Source: a virus
Length of the DNA: 64,000 nucleotides
Direction: 5' to 3' (one strand)
IMG/VR virus record: IMGVR_UViG_3300037333_000056
Location: 1-64,000 of that record
The position numbers and the translations under genes were made by a program. Below the pieces are notes generated by a model that was not told the DNA's origin, made no database searches, and worked only from the letters and a program-made list of their open reading frames with translations. This document shows positions 18,450 through 29,500 of the stretch, piece after piece (position 1 is the first letter of the stretch; every line of letters begins with the position of its first letter).

Positions 18450-19625
18450 ATGAACAAAACTGAAATTGCAATTATAAAAAACAACATTAATGCACAACTA
18501 GAAAACAAAGAAATTGCACCATTATTTATTAGTGGTGCACCTGGAATAGCAAAAACAACAACAATTAAGCTTATAGCAGAAGAGTTAGATATGAATGTAT
18601 CATCAATTTCTGCACCAACACTTTCAAGCGAGGTGCTAACTGGATTACCAGACGACTATTTGGAACCAAAACTTGACAAATATACTGTTGACGGGTCAAA
18701 GGCTATTGCAACAAGATGGTCAATACCAGAATTAATTGCTGACGCAAATAGACTAGCAGAGAGCAAACCAACAATTCTATTGCTAGATGATTTTCATATG
18801 ATAGGTTCTCACTTACAGTCTTACTTTTTTAAGTTACTACTAGAACGTTCAATTGGAAACTATAAGCTTTCGGATAACGTAGTAATCTTGGGAACAATGA
18901 ATAGCTCGGAGGAAGCAGGATTTTCAAACATTAACTCAGCAGTACGCAATAGAATGTCTATTCTTGAAGTAGAATTAAATTTTGAACACTGGTTCGAGAG
19001 CTATGGGAAAAGATTGCATTATCTTGTAGCGTCATATCTTAAGGCTAAGCCTAGCAAGATAACAGAACCAGAGTCAGTAGACATAGAAGGATATTCTACA
19101 GCAAGATCATGGTCTGCACTGTCTCATGAATTAAACTATATTGATAATGACTTCATAGTTAATAATGCAGAAAAGTTATGTGCAATGCAACATTCAAAAT
19201 CTGCAGCTAAATCATTTGCATCTCACGTTGCAAAGGTGAATGCAATTAACTTTGAAAATATAGTTTCTGTGAGAAGCATCATAAATATTAGAAACTTGTC
19301 AGACCCTATTGCATCTATTTTGTATTCATATATAGTTAACTTTATTTATACAGTTGAAGACGGAATATATCTAATGGAACTGATTGATGAAAATATTAAA
19401 GATAGGACTTTTATTGGATTTCTAATGGGTGAACTATACACATTGTACACACAGGAAGACAAAAATACTGATGGAATAAGACTTGTTATTGACAAGGTTC
19501 TTGGTACAGATGCAGACAAAAAACTATACACAAATACATCTGATGCAAAATTTAAAAAAGCAGAAAAATATGTATTTAAAAATAAGGACGAAGTGATGGA
19601 TATTGCATCACAATATTTAATTTAA
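18450..19625 (+). CDS. MoxR-like AAA+ ATPase (N4 gp24-like)
   Basis: GAPGIAKT Walker A, LLLDDF Walker B, NRM arginine finger, TARSW. Confidence 0.85.
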   Translation: MNKTEIAIIKNNINAQLENKEIAPLFISGAPGIAKTTTIKLIAEELDMNVSSISAPTLSSEVLTGLPDDYLEPKLDKYTVDGSKAIATRWSIPELIADANRLAESKPTILLLDDFHMIGSHLQSYFFKLLLERSIGNYKLSDNVVILGTMNSSEEAGFSNINSAVRNRMSILEVELNFEHWFESYGKRLHYLVASYLKAKPSKITEPESVDIEGYSTARSWSALSHELNYIDNDFIVNNAEKLCAMQHSKSAAKSFASHVAKVNAINFENIVSVRSIINIRNLSDPIASILYSYIVNFIYTVEDGIYLMELIDENIKDRTFIGFLMGELYTLYTQEDKNTDGIRLVIDKVLGTDADKKLYTNTSDAKFKKAEKYVFKNKDEVMDIASQYLI

Positions 19626-19635
19626 AGGCAAGATA

Positions 19636-21039
19636 ATGAGTACAGAAGAAATAAAAAAACAATTCGAACAAGATACTGAGAGACTATTATATACAGAACT
19701 AGCAAAGAATTTAAATTTGCTAGTTGGGACAAACAAAACATCAGCAGCCTCTCTAGGATTATTTCTTAGTCTACCAATTAAAGTAGAACTTAGAAAGATG
19801 CAAGATGAGGTTCTTGTGTCGGCAAAAAGAAAGAAAATACACAACAGTGTGACTAGCTACATCAAGCATGACGACACAACAAAGGTTATTATAGTATTTT
19901 ACTACTCAAAAGACTCGCAGATCAAGAAGTTCAATAAGATGCTTGAAAAAGAGTATTCTTTTGTGTATTTAACATACTTGTATGCAAGAGAAATGATGAG
20001 AATCAGTATGAACCACAACACTAAAGCTCACTATGATTTTATGTCTAGACATATTTCTTACGTACAATCGAATTTAAAACTTTTTGCAGTAAATACATGC
20101 TCATATTATATTGTAAATAAATTCATCTACAAACTTATGTCGACTAGCTTCACATCAAAAGATGTAACTAATGTTTTCGCGAACCAACTATTCACTACTG
20201 CATATGACAATCTGACAGATATAGAAATACTAAAAGAAGTAGAGCAAAATATCTTACACAATACTGTAGTGCTAGATGAAAACTTATTTCAACTTGTTCT
20301 TGAGGAGGAAAACATATTACTCACAAATCATGAACTAGTGAATGATGAATACGACGAACATATTGTAGACCTAGGTGAATCACTTAAACAAACGATAAAG
20401 CAATACGGAAGAGGAACTGCATCTGCTGAGATTTTCGGAGAAGCATTCACTGCAAAAAAAGTAAAGGCAGGATGGTTTAAAAAGTTAAAAAATACATTTA
20501 GTAGACAAGTATACTATGCGACAAATGATTATTTTACATCGTGGTCATCAATCAATTCAACATACAGAAAAAAGTTTAAGTCTCCAAAGCATAAATTTGA
20601 AGAGCATAAACTAAATGTAATACTTTCAATTGATCATTCTGGTTCCGTGCTTACTGAGGAACTACAAAGGTTATACGGACTTATTGAATCAAAAGCAAAG
20701 CATATCGGAAAACTTACTGTACTAATCCACGATACTGAAATCATTAAAGAGTTTGTTTTATCTGGTTCTAGCATTAAGACTGACCAACAATTCAAGGCAG
20801 CACTTGCAACTAGATATGGAGCAGGAGGAACATCTCATTATAATGTATTTAAGCGAGTGGATGAGATTGTTACAGAACCAGAAAAGACAATTTATATGTC
20901 ATTTAGCGATAATTACTCAGACATTCCACAATCACTAGATAAGTATCAAGTTATTAAAAAACTATCTCCAATATGGATATGTTCTATAGATAATCATCTA
21001 AATGCATCATGTGGTGGAACAAATATAACACTGAAGTAG
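19636..21039 (+). CDS. vWA-domain protein (N4 gp25-like partner of the AAA ATPase)
   Basis: IDHSGS MIDAS motif, GGT, FSD; directly follows the ATPase. Confidence 0.8.
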   Translation: MSTEEIKKQFEQDTERLLYTELAKNLNLLVGTNKTSAASLGLFLSLPIKVELRKMQDEVLVSAKRKKIHNSVTSYIKHDDTTKVIIVFYYSKDSQIKKFNKMLEKEYSFVYLTYLYAREMMRISMNHNTKAHYDFMSRHISYVQSNLKLFAVNTCSYYIVNKFIYKLMSTSFTSKDVTNVFANQLFTTAYDNLTDIEILKEVEQNILHNTVVLDENLFQLVLEEENILLTNHELVNDEYDEHIVDLGESLKQTIKQYGRGTASAEIFGEAFTAKKVKAGWFKKLKNTFSRQVYYATNDYFTSWSSINSTYRKKFKSPKHKFEEHKLNVILSIDHSGSVLTEELQRLYGLIESKAKHIGKLTVLIHDTEIIKEFVLSGSSIKTDQQFKAALATRYGAGGTSHYNVFKRVDEIVTEPEKTIYMSFSDNYSDIPQSLDKYQVIKKLSPIWICSIDNHLNASCGGTNITLK

Positions 21040-21060
21040 AGAATTTAAAAAAGGAAAAAA

Positions 21061-22056
21061 ATGATTGTACACGGGATAAATATCGATGAAGTTGTAAAGC
21101 TTATACCTAAGTCAGGAAGCAAGACATCACCTAAAGACGACAAATACAATATGACATATAGACTTGCTTTGCTATCAGAAATGAACAGAGTATATACGTT
21201 AAGAAAATTTACTGGATACAATATAGATATTGCAGAGGCGAGAAATGACGCAGTGAAGTATTGGATGATAGATGGCGGAGTGCAGTACAAGAACGATGCG
21301 AAAGATAACAGATGGAGGTTTAGATTTAAAAACAGCACAGAACAAAAACTTAAAGAAGTGGAAGATGCAATAGCATCAAAATGCTTAGACTCACAGCTTA
21401 AATACTTGCCAAACTCAATTACATACAGTAAAATACACAAAATAAACAGAAAAAAAAGCAAGGAACTAGATATTTCTCTAAATAACTTCTCACTTAGTAT
21501 GTTTAAAAGCAAAACAAAAAATAAAAATTTTTCATCTACAGAAGTAATGACATATATAGAAAAGCTAATAGTGGAAAATAACGAAGTAGATGCACATGGT
21601 AAAGAAGTAGAGATTCTTGAAGAATATATTAATTATATGCTTGACAATACAAAAACTGTATCATATGAGCTAATAAATGTTCTGTCAAAATTAACATATA
21701 AATATAAAGATACTATAAAAATAAATATTGGAGTGTTATCAATTGGAGCGATAAATAGATACACTCGTAAAGACAATAATAAATTTTTAACTCAAAATAA
21801 AATATTAAACATAACATCGTCAACTCCTATATCAACAAGATCTTCAAAGCCAAAAGAAAAGAAATATCATGGAGAAGAATATTATATTTACGCATTATTT
21901 CTTGAAATGTATCCAGAGTATCCAAAGTGTAAAGAGTTAAAAGACTGGTTGTATAAAAACATAAACTTATCGGAACATAAATATAAACGAATGGACAATG
22001 CAATAGCTGAAGTAAATAAAAGAATAGATAGCACACAAAGAAGGAAACAAAAATGA
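21061..22056 (+). CDS. Hypothetical protein
   Basis: 331-aa ORF, AAGGA RBS. Confidence 0.65.
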   Translation: MIVHGINIDEVVKLIPKSGSKTSPKDDKYNMTYRLALLSEMNRVYTLRKFTGYNIDIAEARNDAVKYWMIDGGVQYKNDAKDNRWRFRFKNSTEQKLKEVEDAIASKCLDSQLKYLPNSITYSKIHKINRKKSKELDISLNNFSLSMFKSKTKNKNFSSTEVMTYIEKLIVENNEVDAHGKEVEILEEYINYMLDNTKTVSYELINVLSKLTYKYKDTIKINIGVLSIGAINRYTRKDNNKFLTQNKILNITSSTPISTRSSKPKEKKYHGEEYYIYALFLEMYPEYPKCKELKDWLYKNINLSEHKYKRMDNAIAEVNKRIDSTQRRKQK

Positions 22057-22886
22057 TACATGCAGATTTAAGAGATGACATAGTAAATATTGACAAGTTT
22101 AAGTATATGTCATACATAAAAAAAATAAACAACATGAAAACGAAAAAAGAAAGAACAGAATTCATTACAATGTTGTCATGGGTAATATATAAAACTGATA
22201 AAGCTGAATCATTTTCAGAGTACACAAGGATTACGTCACTATGTTTAAGCAGTAAAGATTTAAATAAATTTATAATGAGATACAAACTATTTAAACTACT
22301 GTATTCAAAAAGCAGACTTGCTACAGAGCCACGTGTTGTAGATAAACTAGCACACAGAATAGATAAGGTATTTACATGTGGACTATTGACTCACGATATA
22401 GATATTAGCCCAAAAGAATTTATGTCTATATTTGAATTTGGAGGAACTATAGATATTGGGAGAAAGGAAATAGGTGTTGACGTAATGTGTGAATTCATAC
22501 ATAAGATTGAAAATGTATATGACGAAAACAAACTTATTGAGAATTTCATATTAGGCACTATAATTAGTGAATTTGATGGAGGAAGCGGAATAAGATATGG
22601 AAGAGTAGAACAGAACAGTAGGTATAAAGAAATAGATATTCTAAGGAAAATAGGATACGTAAAACAATATTCATCTAACAACATAGCTAAAAATGGTAAA
22701 AAGTACATAGAGATACTACTAAAGAGTCTTGAGCAAAAGTTAAGTAGCATTGATACAAAAGAAGATATTACATGTGAAAACATAAAGGAACTAAAAATTT
22801 CACTATCGATGTATAATAAACATATAGTTGATGAGTTAAGAAGAGTAAGAGAATATGATAAATTATTTGGAGATATATATGCATAA
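22053..22886 (+). CDS. Hypothetical protein
   Basis: 277-aa ORF, ATGA overlap. Confidence 0.65.
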   Translation: MIHADLRDDIVNIDKFKYMSYIKKINNMKTKKERTEFITMLSWVIYKTDKAESFSEYTRITSLCLSSKDLNKFIMRYKLFKLLYSKSRLATEPRVVDKLAHRIDKVFTCGLLTHDIDISPKEFMSIFEFGGTIDIGRKEIGVDVMCEFIHKIENVYDENKLIENFILGTIISEFDGGSGIRYGRVEQNSRYKEIDILRKIGYVKQYSSNNIAKNGKKYIEILLKSLEQKLSSIDTKEDITCENIKELKISLSMYNKHIVDELRRVREYDKLFGDIYA

Positions 22887-23325
22887 TATTAAAGAAATTA
22901 AGTTAAAAAATTCTGAAGGAACAGAGCTTGTAACTAAAAAGCAGACACTATATGGATACAAAAAATTTTTTGTTAATACAGGAAACAAGATAAACATATA
23001 CAAGCAAATGATATTGCACACAAAGAGGTCAAATACAAAAATATGGAAATTTTTAACTGAGACTGCAAATCTAGAGGACGATGTTATTTTAATAGTTGAT
23101 GAATTTGAGGAATTAAAAAGAAAAGCATTAAAAGAAAAGGAGAGTATTATAGAAAAAAAGCTAAAATCAGCTCTCGACATTAAAGACTTTATTTTATTCC
23201 TTAATTACAAAGGAGCTGATGTAACAAATATGTATTATGAATATATAGGCAGAATTCAGAGTGATGATGTTCCACACAGAAACACTAATAATCAACACGT
23301 AGAAACAGCAATAGAGGAATTATAG
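22879..23325 (+). CDS. Hypothetical protein
   Basis: GGAG RBS before MHNIK. Confidence 0.6.
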   Translation: MHNIKEIKLKNSEGTELVTKKQTLYGYKKFFVNTGNKINIYKQMILHTKRSNTKIWKFLTETANLEDDVILIVDEFEELKRKALKEKESIIEKKLKSALDIKDFILFLNYKGADVTNMYYEYIGRIQSDDVPHRNTNNQHVETAIEEL

Positions 23326-23717
23326 TGACAAAGAAAGAACTAGAAGATAGAGTATCAGAACTAGAGACTGAACTAATCTTCGAAAGAAAGAAAATATCAA
23401 GAATGTCTGACACAATAATTAGTGTAACAGAGCATATGAAAGAGCTATCGAAAAAAAATATAAAATCTTCGTTATCAACTAACAATGCAGAACCAGAAAA
23501 GAAAAGAAATTGTAAGCACGGGTTCTTCGTAAAAGAAGGAAATGAAACAGATACATCGAATATGCTATTCATAGAAGTGCTTGGAGATCTTGATATGTTA
23601 AAAGATTCAGAACAAAAGTGTAAGACACTATTTACATTCAAGCCAGAGGACCTACAGAACTGGTTCGCACAGATAAGTAAAATAATGAAGGAGAAGCAAG
23701 CAAAATGCAAAACATAA
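23325..23717 (+). CDS. Hypothetical protein
   Basis: GTG start with GAGG RBS. Confidence 0.6.
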   Translation: MTKKELEDRVSELETELIFERKKISRMSDTIISVTEHMKELSKKNIKSSLSTNNAEPEKKRNCKHGFFVKEGNETDTSNMLFIEVLGDLDMLKDSEQKCKTLFTFKPEDLQNWFAQISKIMKEKQAKCKT

Positions 23718-25810
23718 AAGTAAAGAAGAGGGATGGGACACTAGAGCAGTTAGACATCTCAAACATTAGAAAACAAACTATTCCTGCATGTGAAGGCCTT
23801 AACGCATCATATGAATCACTAGAATTAGAAGCAGGAATTTCATTTAAAGACGGGATGAAAACATCAGAGATTGCTGACCTGCTAGAGTTTTCTGCATTAC
23901 GAAAATGTGATGTTGACACTCCAGATTGGACATTCGTAGCAGCAAGGCTAAAACTATATAGAATATACCATTCAGTAAAGCATACGTACTTACCAAAAAA
24001 AGAAAAAGGAGATGTTTACAGCATAGTTACATTTAAAAACTATCTTGATATGGTGAGTGATAGATTATCATTCGACTATAAAGATATTAACGTCAATGTA
24101 GAGAAATTAAATAACAGTATAAAAAGCGAAAGAGACTTGCTATTTACAGCACAAGCAGTAGATATGTTGTCAGGACGGTATTTAATTAAAGAAAATAAAA
24201 CTGTAATTGAATTGCCACAGCACTTCTTTATGTGCCTAGCATTATTTTTAGCACAAAACGAAGAAGATGTTACGTCGAAAGCAATTGAATTTTATAATGA
24301 TATGTCGACACTTAAGTTTCTGCCTGCTACACCAACACTTGCAAACGGAAGACTAAAAAATGGAAACTGCTTTAGTTGTGCAACAGGATCAACTGAAGAT
24401 AATATAGAGTCTATCTTTGATACATATAAAACACAAGCACTTGGCTCTAAATCAGGAACTGGATGGGGATGGGATTGGACAAGAGTACGTGCACTTGGTG
24501 GAACAATTCAAAACATTTCTGGAGCAGCTGGAGGACTTGTACCTTGGATGAAGCTAGAAAATGATGTAGCTATTGCAGTTGACCAACTAGGGAATAGACT
24601 TGGAGCAATAAATTGTTCAGTAGAGTCATGGCACTTAGATATTGAAGATTTCATCGACTTAAAAAAGAATGGTGGAGAGGATAGACGCAGAGCAAAAGAA
24701 TTGTTCATAACTATTTCATGTTCAGATTTATTTATGTCCAGAGTTGAAAACAATCAAGACTGGACGCTATTTGATCCAGCAGATGTGCCTATTCTAGCAG
24801 AGACATATGGAGAAGAATTTGAACGTGAATATCTAGCAGCGGAGGATCTTGCACATAACGCAGCTGAGAAGTTTTCAAATGAGCCTAAAAATATAAACGC
24901 TAAAATATTATGGAAGAAAATGCAAACAATGTTCTCAGAAACTGGAATGCCATTTATATTCTTTAAAGATAATGTAAATAACGCAGCGGACCTAACTCTG
25001 GTTGATGGGATTATTAGATCAGCAAATCTATGCATGGAATATTTTACACCAGTAAAAAACGACGAAGTAGTATTGTGCAACTTAGGATCAATAAACCTAA
25101 GTAAAGTAAATATAGATGACAAAGATGAGATGAAGCGTGTTATAGATTCAGCAATAAGAATGCTTGACAACGTAATAGACTTAACAGAGTATCCTATTCC
25201 AAATTCAGAATATACACAAAGAACCAGAAGAAGCATAGGACTAGGAGTTGCTGGAGAAGCAGAATACATTGCAGGTCTAAAGATTACATATGGATCAGAA
25301 GAGCATAAGTCAAAAGTAGTTGAGTTGTACTCACACTTTCAAGAGTGTGTAGATAACGCATCAGTAAAACTTGCTAATGAGCGAGGACCATGGAATAAAG
25401 ATAGTGTATATAGAAACTATGTTAGGAGTTGTGTAGCACCAACAACTTCAGTTGCAGTTATAATGGGGACAACTGCAAGCATTGAGTCTGCGTACGATAA
25501 AGTATGGACAGAAGAAATTAAGCTTGGAACATACAAAGTTACAGCACCAAACATTAACGTAGACAACTATAATTATTATATTCCAGCATACAAGGTTGAT
25601 GCAAGAACATCTGTAGAGCTTACAGCACTTCGACAACCTTGGTTCTGTATGGGAATATCGCACAATATGAATTTCGATCCTAAGACAGCGACAGGAAAAG
25701 AAGTATTTGATGCATACATGCTTGCATGGAAACTTAAAATGAAAACAGTATATTATTACAGAAGCAAATCTTTAAGAGTAGAAGATGCATGCATAATGTG
25801 TGCTGGGTAA
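23705..25810 (+). CDS. nrdA: Ribonucleotide reductase class Ia alpha subunit with ATP cone
   Basis: VKKRDG ATP cone, ATPTLAN, FSC, NLCME, CNLGSINL, APT, KTVYYYRS, C-terminal CxxC. Confidence 0.96.
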   Translation: MQNIKVKKRDGTLEQLDISNIRKQTIPACEGLNASYESLELEAGISFKDGMKTSEIADLLEFSALRKCDVDTPDWTFVAARLKLYRIYHSVKHTYLPKKEKGDVYSIVTFKNYLDMVSDRLSFDYKDINVNVEKLNNSIKSERDLLFTAQAVDMLSGRYLIKENKTVIELPQHFFMCLALFLAQNEEDVTSKAIEFYNDMSTLKFLPATPTLANGRLKNGNCFSCATGSTEDNIESIFDTYKTQALGSKSGTGWGWDWTRVRALGGTIQNISGAAGGLVPWMKLENDVAIAVDQLGNRLGAINCSVESWHLDIEDFIDLKKNGGEDRRRAKELFITISCSDLFMSRVENNQDWTLFDPADVPILAETYGEEFEREYLAAEDLAHNAAEKFSNEPKNINAKILWKKMQTMFSETGMPFIFFKDNVNNAADLTLVDGIIRSANLCMEYFTPVKNDEVVLCNLGSINLSKVNIDDKDEMKRVIDSAIRMLDNVIDLTEYPIPNSEYTQRTRRSIGLGVAGEAEYIAGLKITYGSEEHKSKVVELYSHFQECVDNASVKLANERGPWNKDSVYRNYVRSCVAPTTSVAVIMGTTASIESAYDKVWTEEIKLGTYKVTAPNINVDNYNYYIPAYKVDARTSVELTALRQPWFCMGISHNMNFDPKTATGKEVFDAYMLAWKLKMKTVYYYRSKSLRVEDACIMCAG

Positions 25811-25821
25811 GAGAGGAAAAC

Positions 25822-26835
25822 ATGAAAAAATACTATAATCCAGATTCTAACGAAAAATTCAACGACGCAAAAATTGTAGGTGGAAACCCTACTGGAATTA
25901 TAAACTCATCAATTAGCCCACATAAGTGGGCATTGCCATTATATAGGCTTATGGAGTCATACACATGGTATCCAGAAGAATGTAATTTGTCTGACGACAA
26001 GACATTGTATATGGAGCTTCCTGCAGAAATGAGACGATCATATGACATGGCATTGGCACAATTAATACAGAATGATTCTGTTCAGGCTAAACAGTTACCT
26101 GAGGGAATTGCCCCATATGTAACTTCGCCAGTTGTATCAATGTGTCTAACAAGACAAGCATACGAGGAAACAAACCATGCAAGAACTTATGCACTTGGAG
26201 CAGAAGAAATATGTGACGATGTAAACAGAATCTATACAATGGATAAGCAAGAACCAGCACTGATGAAGAAAAACTTAGCAGTATCAAGAATGTATGAATC
26301 TATAACATCTGACTCAGAGCCGACTCATCAAGACTTACTTAAAATAGCTACAGCAAATCAAATTTTAGAAGAGTTAGTTTTCCCTGGTGGATTTTGTGTG
26401 TTGTGGTCATTTAAATTTCCAGGAACAAGTAAAGCAATCGGGTTCATCCAAAGAGATGAGCAGGGAACACATGTACCACTCTTCCATAATATCTATAGGG
26501 AAATGAAGAATATTGAAGCACCAACTGAGCAGACATTAAAAGAAATAAAAAAAATGATAACTGATATGGTGGATGAAGAGAAGATGTGGACAAAAGAAAT
26601 TTCTAAACCGTTAATGGGGTTCAGTGACAAGGCAATAGATATGTTCATTGAGAACCAAGGCAACTCAGTATGTAAAAACCTAGGTTTGTCAGATTTATTT
26701 GAGCGTACAGACGGTGGACCACTATTAGAGTTCATGAATCTAAATTCAATGATATCTGGAACTTCAAAAAAAACAAACTTTTTTGAAGTGGCAGTTGGCG
26801 ACTATGCAGTAAACTCACTAGACGAGGACTATTAG
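25822..26835 (+). CDS. nrdB: Ribonucleotide reductase class Ia beta subunit
   Basis: W.PEE, DSVQ, EETNHARTY, LEE..F..GF, RDE...H, NFFE. Confidence 0.94.
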   Translation: MKKYYNPDSNEKFNDAKIVGGNPTGIINSSISPHKWALPLYRLMESYTWYPEECNLSDDKTLYMELPAEMRRSYDMALAQLIQNDSVQAKQLPEGIAPYVTSPVVSMCLTRQAYEETNHARTYALGAEEICDDVNRIYTMDKQEPALMKKNLAVSRMYESITSDSEPTHQDLLKIATANQILEELVFPGGFCVLWSFKFPGTSKAIGFIQRDEQGTHVPLFHNIYREMKNIEAPTEQTLKEIKKMITDMVDEEKMWTKEISKPLMGFSDKAIDMFIENQGNSVCKNLGLSDLFERTDGGPLLEFMNLNSMISGTSKKTNFFEVAVGDYAVNSLDEDY

Positions 26836-26946
26836 TATGACGCATAGTAACTATGTAGATATGGCAATCATATGGAACTCAGTTCTTCAATCAGGATGGT
26901 TCATATGGAGCTATTCAATACACAAGAGAAAACATAAGGAAGATAG

Positions 26947-27147
26947 ATGATTATTGCACATTTACAGGTTGGCGACACAATTTTCAGAAAGAAGAACAAG
27001 AAAGAGTTTACTGTAACAAAGATAACAAACGCTTATAATGCAACATTCATTACTGTAGAAGATGTGGAGTCAGATGAAAAGAAAACATTAACATATGGAA
27101 ACAAGGCACTGTTAGACATTTATGACTCAAAAGGATCAAAAATCTAA
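26947..27147 (+). CDS. Small SH3/KOW-like hypothetical protein
   Basis: LQVGD start; AAGGA RBS. Confidence 0.55.
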   Translation: MIIAHLQVGDTIFRKKNKKEFTVTKITNAYNATFITVEDVESDEKKTLTYGNKALLDIYDSKGSKI

Positions 27148-27159
27148 GAAAGGATTAAC

Positions 27160-29262
27160 ATGGACATAGATGAAATATTAGACTCTCTTGAGACTTGTGG
27201 TAGACGCAAGACTCCTCGCATTATTTGGGAATCAGTATTGTATTATTATGGCTCAATATTGCTAAACAAATATAGATTCAAAAAAACAGTTGGAACTGAT
27301 AGGCACATAAAATATTACAGTATAGTGTTTGCAAAAAGTGGACAAGGAAAAACATTCAGCTCTGGCGTTGTTGAAAAGCTATGCAGGCTAGAGAAATATC
27401 CAGATTCAATGATGTCGTATTACATGAAGTATCTTGAATCGCTTCCTGTTGACATAGCAGAAGAGTCAAACGATGTAATAAAGTATATGCCAAAATCTGT
27501 AACAATAAGCGTAGAAGGTACAGCAGAAGGTCTATTTGACATGATTAAGTCTCAAGTAGAATCAAATTTTGGAAGTACAAATTTATTTACAGATGAATTT
27601 GGTGAAGTAATTGCATCGTCATCTGGACTACTTAGTAAGTTAAAAGAAGCATATGATGGAACAATTAAAGCTAAAGTGATACGTGGTTCTGAAGATCAAT
27701 CAGTACGGAATGATATTACTAATATAACATGTAATTTTCTAGGACTAGGGTCAAGAAAAGGAGTATCAACAGAGTCTGAAAAAGAATTAAAACGTATTGC
27801 ATCATCTGGAATGTATAGACGTACATTTATTATTGAAAACAAAGATTTAGTTGAAAAGAATACAACAGAAAGCGACATATCAAAACTAGAAGTGTACTTT
27901 GAAGAAATAAACAAAAAGCATACTAACGCTCTATCAACATTATCAGCCTCAGTTGGAACAGTATTTATAGATAGATTCATGAAATACTCAAATGACTATA
28001 ATGAAAGAATTGAAACTATAGATGACGAATTAATAGCTTCTGCACATTCAGACCAATTAAATGAATTTGCACAATACAACACAGGTTCTTTAGAGATTGT
28101 AATTGATTTATCGCATATTATAGCATTTTTAGAGGATGATGACGAGCTTAAACTTAAACATATAGAAAAAGCATATGATTTTATGGTAAGAACAAGAGAG
28201 AGCGTAGAAGATACATTTAAATCAGTACACCCATATAAGCTTATGTATGACCTATTAAAGATGAAGTCTAACATGACTATATCTGAAATGACAGAATTTG
28301 AAGATCAGATACCAGTACAAAAAACTAAAATTCAAGATAATTTAGATTTACTGGAAGAGTTATGTTATAGACGTGATGAAATATTAGTTAAAAACAAAGG
28401 AAAAGTAACAAGATACAGTATTGAATCACTGCCTAAAACGAATCTGAAGAAACTTATATTATCAATGTCTACAGATAACAAAGGAAAGTTTGCTATAAAC
28501 TTTAAGCCAGGAGAACTTGCATGGGAAAACTTTGAAAAACTAGTGACATCAAAGAATGTAGATAGCTTCACAACTTGTCATTACGAACCTACATCAAAAG
28601 CACCAGAAGGTCACAGAGAAGCAAAAAGTGCAATAGAGGGGCAAAATATGATTGCCTTTGATATAGATGAGAATATGACGATTGAGGAGGCACAAGAAGC
28701 ACTAAAAGAGTACACATACATAATGTACACAACAAAGTCGCATCAAAAAGATAAAAATGGTGAAATATGTGATAGGTTTAGGATAATACTACCTACTGAG
28801 ACTATGTTCTATGTTACTCCTGAACAACACAAGCTTATGTATGAGAACATTGAAAAAGTGCTAGGCATACACTCAAACGATCCACAGACAAGAAATGTAT
28901 CAAGATTATTTTATACAAATCCAGATGCAGATGTGTTTCATAACGATGGAGAACGTTTAGTAGATGTGTCATGCTGTATACCATCAACAGATAAATCTGA
29001 CAAGATTATGCCTATAATGGAAAATATAGCAGAACAAGAAGAGTCTGGAGAAATGGATAGGCGTGAAGCTGGAATAATAAAATGGGTTCTAATGAACACA
29101 ACTACAGGAAATAGAAACGGAAACCTATTCAGAGCAGGAATGTTCTTCAAAGACAACGGACAAGATTTTGCATACAAATTGCAATACATAAACAATATGC
29201 TACTAGAGCCAGTTGATGATAGAGAGTTAAAAGCTATAGTATCTAGTGTAGCTAGAAAATAA
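27160..29262 (+). CDS. Helicase-primase (N-terminal P-loop/DUF3987-like domain, C-terminal AEP primase and PriCT)
   Basis: AKSGQGKT, FTDE; FDIDE, YTTKSH, RFRIILP; GNRNGNLF...EPVDDRE. Confidence 0.8.
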   Translation: MDIDEILDSLETCGRRKTPRIIWESVLYYYGSILLNKYRFKKTVGTDRHIKYYSIVFAKSGQGKTFSSGVVEKLCRLEKYPDSMMSYYMKYLESLPVDIAEESNDVIKYMPKSVTISVEGTAEGLFDMIKSQVESNFGSTNLFTDEFGEVIASSSGLLSKLKEAYDGTIKAKVIRGSEDQSVRNDITNITCNFLGLGSRKGVSTESEKELKRIASSGMYRRTFIIENKDLVEKNTTESDISKLEVYFEEINKKHTNALSTLSASVGTVFIDRFMKYSNDYNERIETIDDELIASAHSDQLNEFAQYNTGSLEIVIDLSHIIAFLEDDDELKLKHIEKAYDFMVRTRESVEDTFKSVHPYKLMYDLLKMKSNMTISEMTEFEDQIPVQKTKIQDNLDLLEELCYRRDEILVKNKGKVTRYSIESLPKTNLKKLILSMSTDNKGKFAINFKPGELAWENFEKLVTSKNVDSFTTCHYEPTSKAPEGHREAKSAIEGQNMIAFDIDENMTIEEAQEALKEYTYIMYTTKSHQKDKNGEICDRFRIILPTETMFYVTPEQHKLMYENIEKVLGIHSNDPQTRNVSRLFYTNPDADVFHNDGERLVDVSCCIPSTDKSDKIMPIMENIAEQEESGEMDRREAGIIKWVLMNTTTGNRNGNLFRAGMFFKDNGQDFAYKLQYINNMLLEPVDDRELKAIVSSVARK

Positions 29263-29272
29263 AAGGAGAACT

Positions 29273-29500
29273 ATGAACAACAAAACACAAGTTGGTGGCG
29301 ATCATTATGACAAGATGGTAATATCACCTATAGATTATATAGAAGCAAACGAAATGAAGTTTGCAGAAGGAAATGTTATAAAATACATTAGTAGATTCGA
29401 ATCTAAAAATGGAGTAGAAGACCTCTATAAGGCGAGGCAGTACTTATCGTTTGTAATAGAAAGAGAAGAAGCAAAACTTGGAGAAAAAGAAAATGACTAG
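29273..29500 (+). CDS. DUF3310 / T7 gp1.7-like nucleotide kinase
   Basis: QVGGDHY, GNVIKYISR..KNGVEDL.KA. Confidence 0.85.
   Translation: MNNKTQVGGDHYDKMVISPIDYIEANEMKFAEGNVIKYISRFESKNGVEDLYKARQYLSFVIEREEAKLGEKEND

Noticed and set aside
23705-26835. Introns or inteins in nrdA/nrdB
   Set aside because: Both ORFs are continuous and of normal or compact length, with no intein motifs
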